The notes: generated by a model not told the origin, from the letters alone. DNA of 64,000 bases from Nitrospirota bacterium (GCA_963737155.1 CAVTRN010000001.1:128001-192000); one strand, 5' to 3'; shown: positions 7,378 through 18,256, counted from the first letter of the stretch. Program-made: numbers and translations.

Positions 7378-8688
7378 TCAAAAGGCTCCGGACTCAATCA
7401 GTTCTGTTAGTGTGGATATATCCACCCCGTAATTAATTTCCGGCTGATTGTCCAATGTGGATTCCGTCCGGAAACACATTAAGTTATCTGCTGGCCATTT
7501 TTTAAACGCAGATCTTTTAATCTTGTGCATAGATTCTGTGAAGAGAATTTTTGCTCTAAGGGCGTCAAAGGAATAACCACGGCCCAATCGATTCATGACC
7601 CTTATTAAATTGTTGAGAGACTCGGTATAAGCGTTCGTGATTTTATGATCAAAGTACGCAAAAATTTCCTCCTGCCAGTTTTCTGTTGCAGTAATTAATG
7701 GATGGTAGGCTTCGAGAAGATTTTGAGGTATGCTCTGCTGCCATCCGTTATATAAGCCAAGCGCTTCGTTTTTGTCTTTTGCATCCCATATATTGAAGAA
7801 TTGCTCTTTAACCTCGTAAACCTCTTTAATATCCTGATAATTGGCGAACCATGTCGCTAGTATAAGTATTTCTTTTGCAGACAAGTCTTTTTGTCTCTTC
7901 AACAAGACGAATCGATCGTGCATGAGTGTTCGACGTTGGGCTGGCGTGAGAGATTGCCGAATTGATTTACGCACTTTTTCAACCGCCTCGTTTGCCATTC
8001 TGACAACATGAAACTTGTCTATGACTATGGTAGCGTCTGGGAATACTGTATTGACAGCATCTCGATAGGGCTTCCACATATCCATTGCGACATATCGAAC
8101 ACGATCTTTACCATCAAGACCGTTTAGATATTTGATGACAGTCTTTTTATTCCGATCAGGTAAGATATTTACGATTGTGTTGTTCTCGATATTGCTGATG
8201 ACAGCTCTGGGTTTCTTAATAATATGAATCTCATCGATACCCATCCACTGTGGTATCTCGAATCGGACTGTTTTTTCAAGTTCGTTCACATAGTCACGAA
8301 AAATGTTCCGTATAGTACCTTCTGCGACTCCAATCTCATCTGCTATGCTTGTGAAAGTACGGCTAAGTGCCTGGCCGCCGACATATTGAACAAGTCGATC
8401 TGTCATTAGTCTTTTGCTATTTATATGAGGCAGTGCTTCAGTAAAGGTTTTACCGCAGCCCCGGCATTTATACCTACGTACGCCGATATACACGCCTACT
8501 CGCTTGCCATGTATCGTCATATCTTTTACAGTGATGTCATCGGACCCATGCCCTACGACATTATTTGATCCGCAGTGAGGGCATATGGTTGACGGTACCT
8601 TGGTCCTCGCATATATATGATAATCATGCTCTGTTTCTTTGAAATTTATGATCTCATAGGCGTTTAGATTGAGAATATTGATAGGCAT
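7378..8688 (-). CDS. ISL3 family transposase
   Basis: CPHCG and RRYKCRGC zinc finger, GIDE, AMDMWKPY, IDKFHVV, TNAYTESLNN; ATG at 8688 overlaps the HEPN stop codon (TAATG). Confidence 0.95.
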   Translation of the reverse strand: MPINILNLNAYEIINFKETEHDYHIYARTKVPSTICPHCGSNNVVGHGSDDITVKDMTIHGKRVGVYIGVRRYKCRGCGKTFTEALPHINSKRLMTDRLVQYVGGQALSRTFTSIADEIGVAEGTIRNIFRDYVNELEKTVRFEIPQWMGIDEIHIIKKPRAVISNIENNTIVNILPDRNKKTVIKYLNGLDGKDRVRYVAMDMWKPYRDAVNTVFPDATIVIDKFHVVRMANEAVEKVRKSIRQSLTPAQRRTLMHDRFVLLKRQKDLSAKEILILATWFANYQDIKEVYEVKEQFFNIWDAKDKNEALGLYNGWQQSIPQNLLEAYHPLITATENWQEEIFAYFDHKITNAYTESLNNLIRVMNRLGRGYSFDALRAKILFTESMHKIKRSAFKKWPADNLMCFRTESTLDNQPEINYGVDISTLTELIESGAF

Positions 8689-9050
8689 TAGGATTCGACC
8701 TCCGGCGGCGTGGGAGGTATCAACGGCGCAAGATTCTCTATCAGGTTTGGTACATGAAACGTCACCACACTCCACATTTCATCCACACCAATCTTATCGT
8801 ACTCGTGAACTAGCACGTTGCGCTGGGCAATTATCTTGCGCCAAGGAATTTCAGGATGATGCTTTTTAAACGCCTCCGTCACTTTGCGAGCGGCCTCTCC
8901 GATGATCTCGATATTGCGTTCGATGGCATCACGTAGCACCTCGTTTTCAGCAAACTCCTCCTGTTTTATCCCGTTAACAAAACGGCGGACCTTCTCTGCT
9001 GCCTGAAGCATGTCCAGGAGATATGCGGCATCCCGTTCATTAGGCCGCAT
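8688..9050 (-). CDS. hepT: HEPN/DUF86 ribonuclease toxin (HepT-like)
   Basis: YLLDML, IEIIGEAA, PEIPWRKI, RNVLVHEY (RX4H motif plus Tyr). Confidence 0.9.
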   Translation of the reverse strand: MRPNERDAAYLLDMLQAAEKVRRFVNGIKQEEFAENEVLRDAIERNIEIIGEAARKVTEAFKKHHPEIPWRKIIAQRNVLVHEYDKIGVDEMWSVVTFHVPNLIENLAPLIPPTPPEVES

Positions 9051-9345
9051 ACAGGACCTCCTTTGTCGTGAGGATCGAGTGCCTGCGGAAAGGATTGCTG
9101 ATGGCCTTTTTCTCGACAAGGTCAACTTCTCTTCCAAATATTGCCTTCAGCTCGTCCAGCATGTCCACGCGATTGTCAAACGTAATACTGCCACCCCGCT
9201 CGAACGTCACCAGCACATCCACGTCGCTGTCGGGACGAAAATCTTCCGTGAGTACCGAACCGAACAAAGAAAATTCCTTGATTTTCCATTTGAGGCAGAA
9301 CTCTTCGATTTTTATCATCGGGATTTGAATATTAGTTTTTAACAT
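9040..9345 (-). CDS. mntA: Minimal nucleotidyltransferase antitoxin (MntA-like)
   Basis: LFGSVLTEDFRPDSDVD (GSx10DxD), GREVDLV; ATG at 9345 after GGAGG. Confidence 0.9.
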   Translation of the reverse strand: MLKTNIQIPMIKIEEFCLKWKIKEFSLFGSVLTEDFRPDSDVDVLVTFERGGSITFDNRVDMLDELKAIFGREVDLVEKKAISNPFRRHSILTTKEVLYAA

Positions 9346-9521
9346 AAGTGCCTCCCACACTAGATTACGATTTGAGTATACATTGTCAATTTGTGAATTT
9401 CAACACTATTTTACGATTTTGCCACGATGTGCACAGGGCATTAAACCAGAGGGAATCCACACTACGTTACGAATACCCATTTTAGATAAGTCTGTTCAGA
9501 ATGACATCCGGTTGGAGAAAA

Positions 9522-9670
9522 TCAACTTGTATTCGTGGTTATTGAACTTCTTCTGAACTCGTTTGTTTGTAGATGTAGTCGAGTAAAATATAATATTAGC
9601 GAAGGTGCTGAATTCATTTTGTATCATTGTATTTTGTGACATGGTTTTTTGTCAACGACTCCATCCTGAG
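9522..9670. repeat. Dispersed degenerate repeat, copy R1
   Basis: Core TTAGCGAAGGTGCTGAATTCATTTTGTATCATTGTATTTTGTGACATGGTTTT; left part matches 20494-20560. Confidence 0.7.
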
Positions 9671-10041
9671 CTAGTACTCGGCATGAATGGGCCAAGAGTG
9701 TAACCTTCACTCTGATTTGTTGATATGCCAGTAACATACCGCCGCTCCATCTCTCGTTGACATCATCGTAAATCGGGCTCGTATTCGTGAAAACAAATAC
9801 AGATGGCTTAATTTCCGCTCCATTTTACTCCGTAATTTAATGCTAATTTCATACTCTTGTAATATTCATCGAATATACTATCGTATATTTACAGGGAAGC
9901 TGGTAGTAAGGTCAGTCCGATAACAGACAATCTGTTAAGATGGCAGGTATTAATGTACGTCCGTCCTCTAAAGATGTGACTAGTGCAGATGCCATTATAT
10001 AACAAACGGTGCCTTGTTATCAAAAAGTCAGGAGATGATAT

Positions 10042-10680
10042 TTGGTTGTGCCGCGGAGTCAAAAATTGTTTTTCAAAGGGTTAATCGTTGTGAGGACGTG
10101 GATTTATATCGTTTTTATTCTATGCTGCCTGCTATGGAGTCCAGCAATTGCAGAGGAAAAACCACTGGACTGGACTAAACTCTTTGCGCGCGATGTGGTC
10201 ACCGAGGTAATTAAAACTGTAGACGACGTTCCCGGCGTTAAAGCGAGTTTCTGCGTAAAATCTACGCCCGAGCGTATCTGGTCGGTGCTTACGGGCTATA
10301 GCCATTTCCCCAAAATCTACAAAGGCTTAAAAAAAGTGAATGTTCGTATAAGGAGTAACGTTGGAGCCGAGGTGGAATACGTATATTTAGTTAATTTCCT
10401 GGGTATCTTCAACAAAGAACTGGACTATGTAATAAGCGATCAATATGCCCCGTCTCACCGTCGAATAGTGTGGGAACGCGTATCAGGCGACCTGGACCGA
10501 ATTGAAGGAAGCTGGGAGATCATTGATACCCAGAGGGACGGCACCTATCTTCTTGAGTACTGCTCGTACGTCAAACCGCCTTGGTATATCCCTGAAAGTT
10601 TGGTACAGTCAAAGGCAATGAACAAGGTCAAAGAAATGGCTAATGCTGTTCGCACCTGGGCAGAAAGAAGCGGACAGTAA
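10042..10680 (+). CDS. SRPBCC / polyketide-cyclase-like protein, probably exported (true start likely near 10090)
   Basis: PERIWSVLTGY, RIVWERVSGDLDRIEGSWEI. Confidence 0.75.
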   Translation: MVVPRSQKLFFKGLIVVRTWIYIVFILCCLLWSPAIAEEKPLDWTKLFARDVVTEVIKTVDDVPGVKASFCVKSTPERIWSVLTGYSHFPKIYKGLKKVNVRIRSNVGAEVEYVYLVNFLGIFNKELDYVISDQYAPSHRRIVWERVSGDLDRIEGSWEIIDTQRDGTYLLEYCSYVKPPWYIPESLVQSKAMNKVKEMANAVRTWAERSGQ

Positions 10681-10811
10681 AATCATGCCGGTCTAGGCTC
10701 ATCTCAAACGCTAAAGAGACATAAGTTCTTCCTGTGGCTATGCTTCAACCGGAATCCATTAAAATTTCAATGCATCGAAGCTCCAACAGTTGTAAATGAA
10801 GTCATGCTTCA

Positions 10812-10890
10812 TATATTATTAGCGAAGGTGCAGAACTCATTTTGCATCATTGCATTTCGTGATATGGTTTTCTGTCAATGACTACATCCT
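10812..10890. repeat. Dispersed repeat, copy R2
   Basis: TTAGCGAAGGTGCAGAACTCATTTTGCATCATTGCATTTCGTGATATGGTTTTCTGTCAATGACTACATCCT. Confidence 0.75.
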
Positions 10891-11586
10891 ATACTCCTCC
10901 TGCCAGAATTAATTGATAAAATCATAAGGCATTCATTTCTTTAGAATTCGGACAATCTATTTTACTGCGCAAACCTCCCCTCTGCATTCATTGCGGATGT
11001 TCTCGCTTTGTTTGACGAAGCTCTCTTACAAGTAACGAAACTTGGCCTCTAAGAGTTATTGCTAATCCGGCGTGCAGTGCCGCCTTGCATCCCTTATCCA
11101 GAATATCAGGTTTCGTGCGGGGCCCTGATCTGCAGCGAGACGAGGTCATAGGCCTCAACCTTCCTGATATGGCTCTCTTCGTCAATGTCTTTCTTTGGGT
11201 TGCCTTTCAAAAATGATCGTGCAGAAAGCCCGCATATGAGATCTTTTGGACCAGCCTATACTTGAGGATCCCCCAGATTGAGATGATCCTGGTCAAAAAT
11301 CTCATCCTTCTTCTTCACCGTCCATACTTTGATCAAAAACTTTGCAGCGAGCTTCACCCCCAGTTTGGTACCAATCCCCTGCTCTTGCCGTCGGCGAAAG
11401 AAATTTCTACAGTAATACATAATGAAATAATAGCTCATGCCGGTAAATTATCGGTAGCCCGACAGGAACCAGGTTCGAATGAAAATAACGTAAAAAATTG
11501 AACTTGGATAAATCTACATGAATCCTCATATAAAACAATCATCTATCGATGAAGTAGAGACGCCCAATCTTTTTTTTCTGCACTAC

Positions 11587-11614
11587 TAAAGTTTTGATGA
11601 GTTTATGCCGACAA
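11587..11614 (+). promoter_or_regulatory. Possible sigma28-like promoter
   Basis: TAAAGTTT...GCCGACAA, spacer 1 nt longer than consensus. Confidence 0.4.
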
Positions 11615-11675
11615 GAAGTGTAAGTATGAATAGGTCTAATACAACTATTTGCATTTTATAAGGAGGAAACAAAAT

Positions 11676-12275
11676 ATGAAGAAGGTATTTGTGGTTTTGG
11701 CAGGTTCAGTCGGGCTGTTAATGGTTTCATTGTTATTTTACGGATGCGCGGCTAACCAGCAGGAGTATCAAAAAGCATTCGATAGCCAGCATTCGCTTAC
11801 CCAAAATCAGAGTGCGTTCACACAGTCGCCTGACAGTATTTTCAAGATCGCAAAACAAACCTTTATTCAGCAAGGCTTCACTATTGAAAGCGCAGACTTA
11901 AATTCAGGAATAATAAAAGCGGTACGGGACATGCAAGATAAAAAAGATTCTGAGATTTCTTACAATATTCATGTATCAACAGATATTTCAGAAGTGACAG
12001 GCTCCGAAACAAACGTCTCTGTGGCTGCAAGCCAGCAGACAATTCTCCACCGCGCCACTACTACCTGGTGGCACCTTCTTTGGATAGTACCGATTATTCC
12101 TACTGGGACCGAATATCAAACATTAGTTATCAAGGAAGGTGATGTTACAGACCCAGTTTTTTATTCCGATTTCTTTAATTCTTTGAGAATCGCAGTTACA
12201 AAGTACAATTTGGCTGCAAAGGCTGCCGCTGCAAAGGCCGTCGCTGCAAAGGCCGCCGAAACACCGCAAAAATAA
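11676..12275 (+). CDS. Lipoprotein (DUF2242-like)
   Basis: AGGAGG RBS, lipobox FYGC, QQGFTI; Ala/Lys-rich repeat tail. Confidence 0.65.
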   Translation: MKKVFVVLAGSVGLLMVSLLFYGCAANQQEYQKAFDSQHSLTQNQSAFTQSPDSIFKIAKQTFIQQGFTIESADLNSGIIKAVRDMQDKKDSEISYNIHVSTDISEVTGSETNVSVAASQQTILHRATTTWWHLLWIVPIIPTGTEYQTLVIKEGDVTDPVFYSDFFNSLRIAVTKYNLAAKAAAAKAVAAKAAETPQK

Positions 12276-12585
12276 AGGCGGACGCAATAGCTGCTAAAAA
12301 CATCTGGGCGGCGTAGTTGCATACGGTGCCAAGATAGATACACGCGGATTTATTGAGTTGGCCAACACAAAGGATTAGGAATGTAATGCACCATGCTTAT
12401 GGTTATCGGGATTGCCAATCCAGAAATCAAGTCCTGCAGAACTAAGGAGTGTTTATCGTATGGGTTTGAGGATGTGAACAGGCACGATGTTAACTCCAGA
12501 TAACATGCGGAAGACAGACAGCCTTTCCTCAAGAAATTATATCGCAGGCTCCTCATGGATTATATCTTACAATAAAGGAGATTTT

Positions 12586-13611
12586 ATGCTAAGGAAAAAC
12601 TGGTTGAGCATTTTGGGGCTACTGCTGTTTGTGATGGTCATTGCATCGGGTTGCGGGTCAATTAATAAGGACATAAATGAGTTAAAAAGCGACACAACTA
12701 CACCGTTAGCGCCCACGGGGGTTACCGCTACACCGGGGAATGGCGACGTAACAATTGCCTGGACGGCAGTTTCAGGTGCGATTTCTTATAACATTTACTG
12801 GTCAAATACTAGCGGCGTTAATCTGTCCAACGGCAACATGATACCCCTTGTGACTAGTCCTTATATCCAAACGGGGTTGACCAACTCAACACCATATTAC
12901 TACGTGGTAACCGCAGTAAATGGTTTTGGCGAATCTAATCCCTCGACTCAGGTGATGGCAACACCATCAGCGTCAGTTGCTCCATTTATCAATGCCACAG
13001 TATTAAGCGTGACCGGAGGGACGAATCCTCTCAGTCAGCTCCAACAGGTTTGGGTTTATACCGATATTTCACAATCAACTCCAGTAGAGAATGCCACCGT
13101 AACCGTAAATGGGACCACTCTCACCTACAATACTGCAAACTCTTCGTATCAGGGGACTGCGGCAATAGCCACGGGCGCTACCGTCAGCCTCAGTGTGGCC
13201 ATACCTGGAGGCTCAACCTACACCGCAACAGGCACTCAATATACCACATTCCCGGACGTCACTGCTCCTACGTCGGACGCTACATGGCAGCCTGGCAATG
13301 CCAATACCATCACGTGGAGTGCCGGTGCGCCGACCGCAGGTGCAACGTATTTTGTCGGAGTTACTGACATTAACGGAAATTTAGTCTATCCTGCAGGGAA
13401 TAATGGGTCTAGTAATGTCTCTACAAGCTCTACCTCGTATCCTATTCCTGCGAACAGTTTAACAGCGGGAAGTTACTTTGTTTATGTTGGAATCGGAACA
13501 ACGGGTATAGCAGATGAAATTTCGGGAGGAATACCAATAGCCAACGCAGCTACCGGTTCGGATTTATGGATTGGCGGGATTGCATCCTTTGTTCCCATCA
13601 CTGTTCAGTAG
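12586..13611 (+). CDS. Fibronectin type III-domain lipoprotein
   Basis: Lipobox ASGC; APTGVTATPGNGDVTIAW...YNIYW...YYYVVTAVNGFGES. Confidence 0.85.
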   Translation: MLRKNWLSILGLLLFVMVIASGCGSINKDINELKSDTTTPLAPTGVTATPGNGDVTIAWTAVSGAISYNIYWSNTSGVNLSNGNMIPLVTSPYIQTGLTNSTPYYYVVTAVNGFGESNPSTQVMATPSASVAPFINATVLSVTGGTNPLSQLQQVWVYTDISQSTPVENATVTVNGTTLTYNTANSSYQGTAAIATGATVSLSVAIPGGSTYTATGTQYTTFPDVTAPTSDATWQPGNANTITWSAGAPTAGATYFVGVTDINGNLVYPAGNNGSSNVSTSSTSYPIPANSLTAGSYFVYVGIGTTGIADEISGGIPIANAATGSDLWIGGIASFVPITVQ

Positions 13612-13687
13612 GATCACCTCTAAAAAAAGGCGGAGACGTTTCCTAACGCTCCTGTTTTTAACACAGTGAAATATTTCTCTTGTATAC

Positions 13688-13717
13688 ATCCCCAGCCGCA
13701 AGGTTGGGGATTTTTTT
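13688..13717 (+). terminator. Intrinsic terminator
   Basis: ATCCCCAGCC-GCAA-GGTTGGGGAT followed by a T-run. Confidence 0.8.
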
Positions 13718-14365
13718 ATCCGAAAACGCGGAAACGAAGAACACGGCACTCAATTGCTGTGTAAAAGACAGACAGCTCAGTGCTGATGTAGTAAAGAAAG
13801 ATGCTCTTGCCAGTGCCCACTTTTGTCTAGTTTGAGGGCCAGGAAAGGCTCGAACTGCGTTTACGAATTGTATAATTCCATCAGCTCTTACGCCATCGTC
13901 ATAATATTGGCGTTCCAGCTTTGTAGGTGGAACCCGGAACAACAAAGAAGAAAAATAATTCCGCTTGAAGATTTTAGTCAATGATCCTTTTTGAATCCGT
14001 TGAAGCTGTCAATTGCCGCGCTTTATCAACTTTCGACTCGAAATTCGCAACGTCTAACTGCTCAAAATATCCATTCGGCGACATTGACATAAATTTAAAT
14101 CAGGCATATATTCATAATCAGGTTGATGACGTGGTATGTCCTTTGTGGGATGACATTGGCTTCAGGATTCCCTCATTAACATTCTGTCTGGAATCAGATA
14201 GAAATTGCTATGAAAAACATTGATGAATACGTTAAAAAATGGCGTTTCGGGTATTGGCGGGCAGCATGGCAAAGAACATTGTTGAAATAACTGCGGAATA
14301 TGACTATACAACAAATAGCTCACTCGATAGGCAGGTTAGCTCATCGATACCCTTAGAGGTGAAGC

Positions 14366-14824
14366 ATGCGTCGCATATCCTCTCGCATGACGTTTGTAAA
14401 TAAACGCCTGTTCCCTTTAGTTTGGTTCGGGTTCCTATCATTCTTTGTCGTGATTTCGGCTTATGCCATGATTAAGAGGGGACGTTTTCAAATAGTATTT
14501 TTTATCATTCCCGTCTTCATGTCAGTCTTCGGATATGTGATAATGAAAAAGCTTGTCCTTGATCTTGTAGACGAGGCTTGGGACGCTGGTGATGCCCTGA
14601 TTGTCAAAAATAAAAATCAAGAAGTGCGTATCCCGTTATCGGACATTATGAATATAAGCTATTCTTATATTACTAATCCACCGAGAGTTACCCTAATGCT
14701 TCGAAACCAGTCCCCTTTTGGCACAGAAATTACGTTTATGCCACCGACAAGCTTTATACCATTCAAGAAGAGCCCAATCGTGACTGAATTAATCGAGCGA
14801 GTTGATGCGTTGCGAAAAAGATAG
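14366..14824 (+). CDS. Hypothetical membrane protein (2 TM)
   Basis: GAGG RBS, two hydrophobic helices. Confidence 0.7.
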   Translation: MRRISSRMTFVNKRLFPLVWFGFLSFFVVISAYAMIKRGRFQIVFFIIPVFMSVFGYVIMKKLVLDLVDEAWDAGDALIVKNKNQEVRIPLSDIMNISYSYITNPPRVTLMLRNQSPFGTEITFMPPTSFIPFKKSPIVTELIERVDALRKR

Positions 14825-14874
14825 CCACTCGACTCGATCGATTAAACTGCTCACCCGGACCGTTCATACGCAAG

Positions 14875-15366
14875 TTGCAATCCGCATATTCTGAAAATGG
14901 AGAAATGATCATGGAGCCGATTGGTATCATCTATACACCCTTTGAGGCGAAGGATAAATGTCCTATCCAGCCTCTATACGCATCTGACGCGGTAGGCCGT
15001 GTGGAGATAATCAATAAATTCGCTGAGGGATTACAAGATATAGAGACCTTTTCTCACATATATCTGATTTATCAATTTGATAGAGCGGGAAAACTGGAGT
15101 TAATCAGAAAAGCTTTTTTGGATGATGAGCCCCATGGAATATTTGCGACGAGGCACCCATGCAGGCCAAACGGTATTGGGATGTCTATTGTAAGATTAAA
15201 GCAAAGGTCGAATAATATTCTTATGGTGGAAGGTATTGACGTATTAAACATGACCCCATTGCTCGACATAAAGCCATACATACCCAGGTTCGACCGCATT
15301 GAAACGGCAACGGAAGGATGGATGGCTAACAAACAATGGCGGCCAAAGCCAGAGGGAAGAGAGTAA
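14875..15366 (+). CDS. tsaA: TrmO/TsaA-like tRNA m6t6A37 methyltransferase domain (start likely 14905)
   Basis: PIGIIYTPF, GIFATRHPCRPNGIG, TPLLDIKPY. Confidence 0.85.
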   Translation: MQSAYSENGEMIMEPIGIIYTPFEAKDKCPIQPLYASDAVGRVEIINKFAEGLQDIETFSHIYLIYQFDRAGKLELIRKAFLDDEPHGIFATRHPCRPNGIGMSIVRLKQRSNNILMVEGIDVLNMTPLLDIKPYIPRFDRIETATEGWMANKQWRPKPEGRE

Positions 15367-15421
15367 AGAAGTGCAAACAGGTAGAGATAATCGCAAGAAA
15401 TTACTGCAAGTTGAGTTCGAA

Positions 15422-16390
15422 ATGAATACGACATCGGCATCAACACTATTATCTGCCTCGAATACACGCCTCAATGAAGGCTGCGAGTACCGCGAGCGAC
15501 TCGGCCCTGATGCTGACGGACTGACGTTGCTGGCGTATCTCAGCCGACGCTATGCCCACTCCTCCGTGGAGGAGTGGGCGGAGCGCATTGCGTTCGGTCA
15601 TGTGCTCATTGATTCCAAGCCCGGGCATTCCGAAACCGTATTGCAGGGGGGACGCGAACTTGTCTGGCAGCGGCCCCCATGGATCGAACCCGAAGCGCCC
15701 ACGTCGTTTTCCGTTCTTTACGAAGATGAAGATTTGCTTGCAGTGGCCAAGCCTGCCGGATTGCCAACGCTTCCTGGCGCTAACTTCCTGCAGACAACGC
15801 TCCTGTATCAGGTACGCGCTTATGCGCCTGACGCCGCCCCGCTTCATCGGTTGGGAAGATGGACATCCGGCCTGGTATTGTGCTCCCGAAACCGTCAAAG
15901 CAGAACGGTATTGATGCAGCAGTGGTCAGCGAACAAAGTGGGGAAACGCTACCGCGCACTTGCCTGTGGACTTCCCGATCGGGATGAGATGACGATCTCC
16001 ACGCCCATAGGCCCTGTGCCGCACACCCTTCTCGGTTCGCTTCATGCCGCAAGTCCGAAAGGCAAGCCCTCCCTGTCTCAGGTGACTGTCCTCGAACGCC
16101 GGACGGATTCGTTCCTTTGTGACGTGCGCATTGCGACAGGACGGCCTCATCAGATCCGAATTCATCTGGCTGCACTAGGATACCCTCTGGTAGGCGATCC
16201 GCTTTATGGTGAGGGCGGTCTCCCCGCGCCTGATACGCGTGCTTTGCCCGGCGACCCGGGCTACCATCTTCATTCCGCAGAAGTGAGTTTTCGCCATCCG
16301 ACCATTGGGCGCGAGTTGATCATCGAATGCGGGCCGCCGCAGCTCTTACGTCTTTCAACTGATGCGCACCGAGATCTCGTTTTTCCTTAA
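15422..16390 (+). CDS. RluA-family pseudouridine synthase-like protein (HRLG variant)
   Basis: KPAGLPT, HRLGRWTSG, TGRPHQIRIH, GYPLVGDPLY, LHSAEVSF. Confidence 0.85.
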   Translation: MNTTSASTLLSASNTRLNEGCEYRERLGPDADGLTLLAYLSRRYAHSSVEEWAERIAFGHVLIDSKPGHSETVLQGGRELVWQRPPWIEPEAPTSFSVLYEDEDLLAVAKPAGLPTLPGANFLQTTLLYQVRAYAPDAAPLHRLGRWTSGLVLCSRNRQSRTVLMQQWSANKVGKRYRALACGLPDRDEMTISTPIGPVPHTLLGSLHAASPKGKPSLSQVTVLERRTDSFLCDVRIATGRPHQIRIHLAALGYPLVGDPLYGEGGLPAPDTRALPGDPGYHLHSAEVSFRHPTIGRELIIECGPPQLLRLSTDAHRDLVFP

Positions 16391-16435
16391 ATAGTTTAAC
16401 AGCTGAACTGTGATAAATCTGAAAGAGAGGGTCAC

Positions 16436-17005
16436 ATGAAAAAGAAGATCGGGAACCAGAATGTGCTCTATCCCACGCCGGTAACTATCGTGGGAGCGCT
16501 TGTGAACGGCAAGGTAAACTTCCTGAATGTCGCCCACGTCGGGATCCTGAACGCAGGCGCGCCTCACCTGATTTCGCTCGGCATGGGAAAACCACACTAT
16601 ACCAATATCGGCATCCGGGCTAACAAGACCTTCAGCGTGAACATCCTATCGCACGATCGGATCATCGAGGCCGATTATGTGGGACTCGTCACCGGCAGTA
16701 AAGTGGATAAGTCCGAGGTGTTCGATACCTTTTTTGGAGAATTAGAGACCGCTCCGCTCATACGGAATTGCCCGCTGTCCATGGAATGCAGGCTTTACGA
16801 TACGTATGAACTTAAAACGCACGATGTGTTTATCGGAGAGATCGCTGCCACCTATGCCGACGAGTCCGTACTCACGGACGGCAAGGTCGACATCGCAAAG
16901 GTCAAACCATTGCTTTTCGACATGAGCAGCATGAAATACTGGTCACTGGGGCAGCCTGTGGGTAACTGCTGGAATGCGGGTAAGCAGTATGGAAAACCAC
17001 GGTAG
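16436..17005 (+). CDS. Flavin reductase-like FMN-binding protein (flavoredoxin)
   Basis: LYPTPVTIV, FSVNI, APLIRNCPLSMEC, HDVFIGEI. Confidence 0.9.
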   Translation: MKKKIGNQNVLYPTPVTIVGALVNGKVNFLNVAHVGILNAGAPHLISLGMGKPHYTNIGIRANKTFSVNILSHDRIIEADYVGLVTGSKVDKSEVFDTFFGELETAPLIRNCPLSMECRLYDTYELKTHDVFIGEIAATYADESVLTDGKVDIAKVKPLLFDMSSMKYWSLGQPVGNCWNAGKQYGKPR

Positions 17006-17745
17006 TGTTGAGATCTGTCTTCCACTTTTACAAAATATCCCGTTTTTGACACATCAATTGCAACCATTCGTAACGCACCAGTCTCAAAGGGACAGGCAAT
17101 AGCAGTATCGAGAGGCTGCTGCAGCATTTCCGCACTCTGGACAGCATATCAGGTTCAACAAACTTGGGCATTAACGAATGCGCAACCTGGGTACGATTCG
17201 AAAAGAAAGGCAATATGGACTCGGAAGCCGGGACCCTTGGCGCATCGGCGTAATTCTACACAACTATGCACCCATGTTGCGTTGCCCAGTATGGGGTCTA
17301 CTCAAACATGGTTATCTTGACATATCTTACGCCAACCACAAACTCCAGACGGTCAAGCCGCTGCGCAGCTTACAGTCAAAAGAAAGGAGCATCGCCCATT
17401 TGAGGATTGCGAATAAGAGGTTTTTATGGGCTATTTCCCAATATACAGATAATTATTGTGGCTCTATCTAGCCAGTTCAATCACTACCGTTGAAAGTCTC
17501 TATGATTGTGCCTTCCGCATTATGGCGCTGGATGGATATACTTTCAAAACAAGGCCGTGCTCGCAAAAGCGGGAAGTATAGAATAGATTCTAAACTAGTT
17601 ACTCAAGCTGAGTTATACACCGTGATCTCGATCGGCCCGCGTTACTAAAATAATATTTACAAGCGTTTTATATTTTGCTATTCTTTAAACTTCTGCGCCG
17701 ATTGCGGCGGGGAAGTCAACCCGGAGTTACAATTAAGGAGGATTC

Positions 17746-18057
17746 ATGAAGACGTTATTTAATACTCTCATTGTTTTTACAGTTATAGTATTTGCGACCA
17801 ATGTTTATGCTGCAAAATTGTCATGCGAAGGAACCGCCTGTGGTGTGGTGCGTCTTATTTTTCTGGGGGCGGGGAAGGGTTACATGGTTAAGAATTTTAG
17901 TAAAAAAAGGTCGGTAGTTGTCGGCATTAACTGGAGGACTGACCTCCAATGTACTGGCGTGGAGAATTTTCAGATTGCACCGCTTAATTATGCTAAACGA
18001 AATAGCAGGGGTATTTGCGGCCCATTATGGACGGCAAATTATAAAAAAATAAAATAG
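17746..18057 (+). CDS. Small secreted protein with four Cys
   Basis: AAGGAGG RBS, signal peptide ending VYA. Confidence 0.7.
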   Translation: MKTLFNTLIVFTVIVFATNVYAAKLSCEGTACGVVRLIFLGAGKGYMVKNFSKKRSVVVGINWRTDLQCTGVENFQIAPLNYAKRNSRGICGPLWTANYKKIK

Positions 18058-18256
18058 CGCTGGCCCATTTTCTTCCACAGACAAGCCTGCGATATTACAA
18101 CATGATAGAGCACCCGTCCTAGAATTTTATATTATTTGCTGTGTTTTATCGCTAATAGTCGTATTATTTCAGGTAGTGGATTCAAGGTATTCCAGGAGAA
18201 GGAAGAGGACTGTTGACTGCATGCGTGTAAATGGTCTCACCAAGGGATGCGCAGAT

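Larger units (their letters stand above)
7348..9478 (-). mobile_element. ISL3-family transporter IS carrying an MNT-HEPN toxin-antitoxin pair
   Basis: Terminal IRs GGGTATTCGTAA...GTGTGG at 7348 and 9478; 8-bp direct repeat ATTTTAGA at 7340-7347 and 9479-9486. Confidence 0.92.

Noticed and set aside
8689-8775. Transposase start at 8775 and HEPN start at 9137
   Set aside because: Both overlap the upstream genes extensively; coupled starts at 8688 and 9050 fit better
13658-14223. ORFs 13658-13981 (-) and 13981-14223 (+)
   Set aside because: No RBS or recognisable motifs; probably decayed sequence
14300-17050. Classical integron attC cassettes between the co-oriented genes
   Set aside because: Only an isolated GTTAGCT near 14335; I could not find paired RYYYAAC/GTTRRRY boxes and there is no intI in the window
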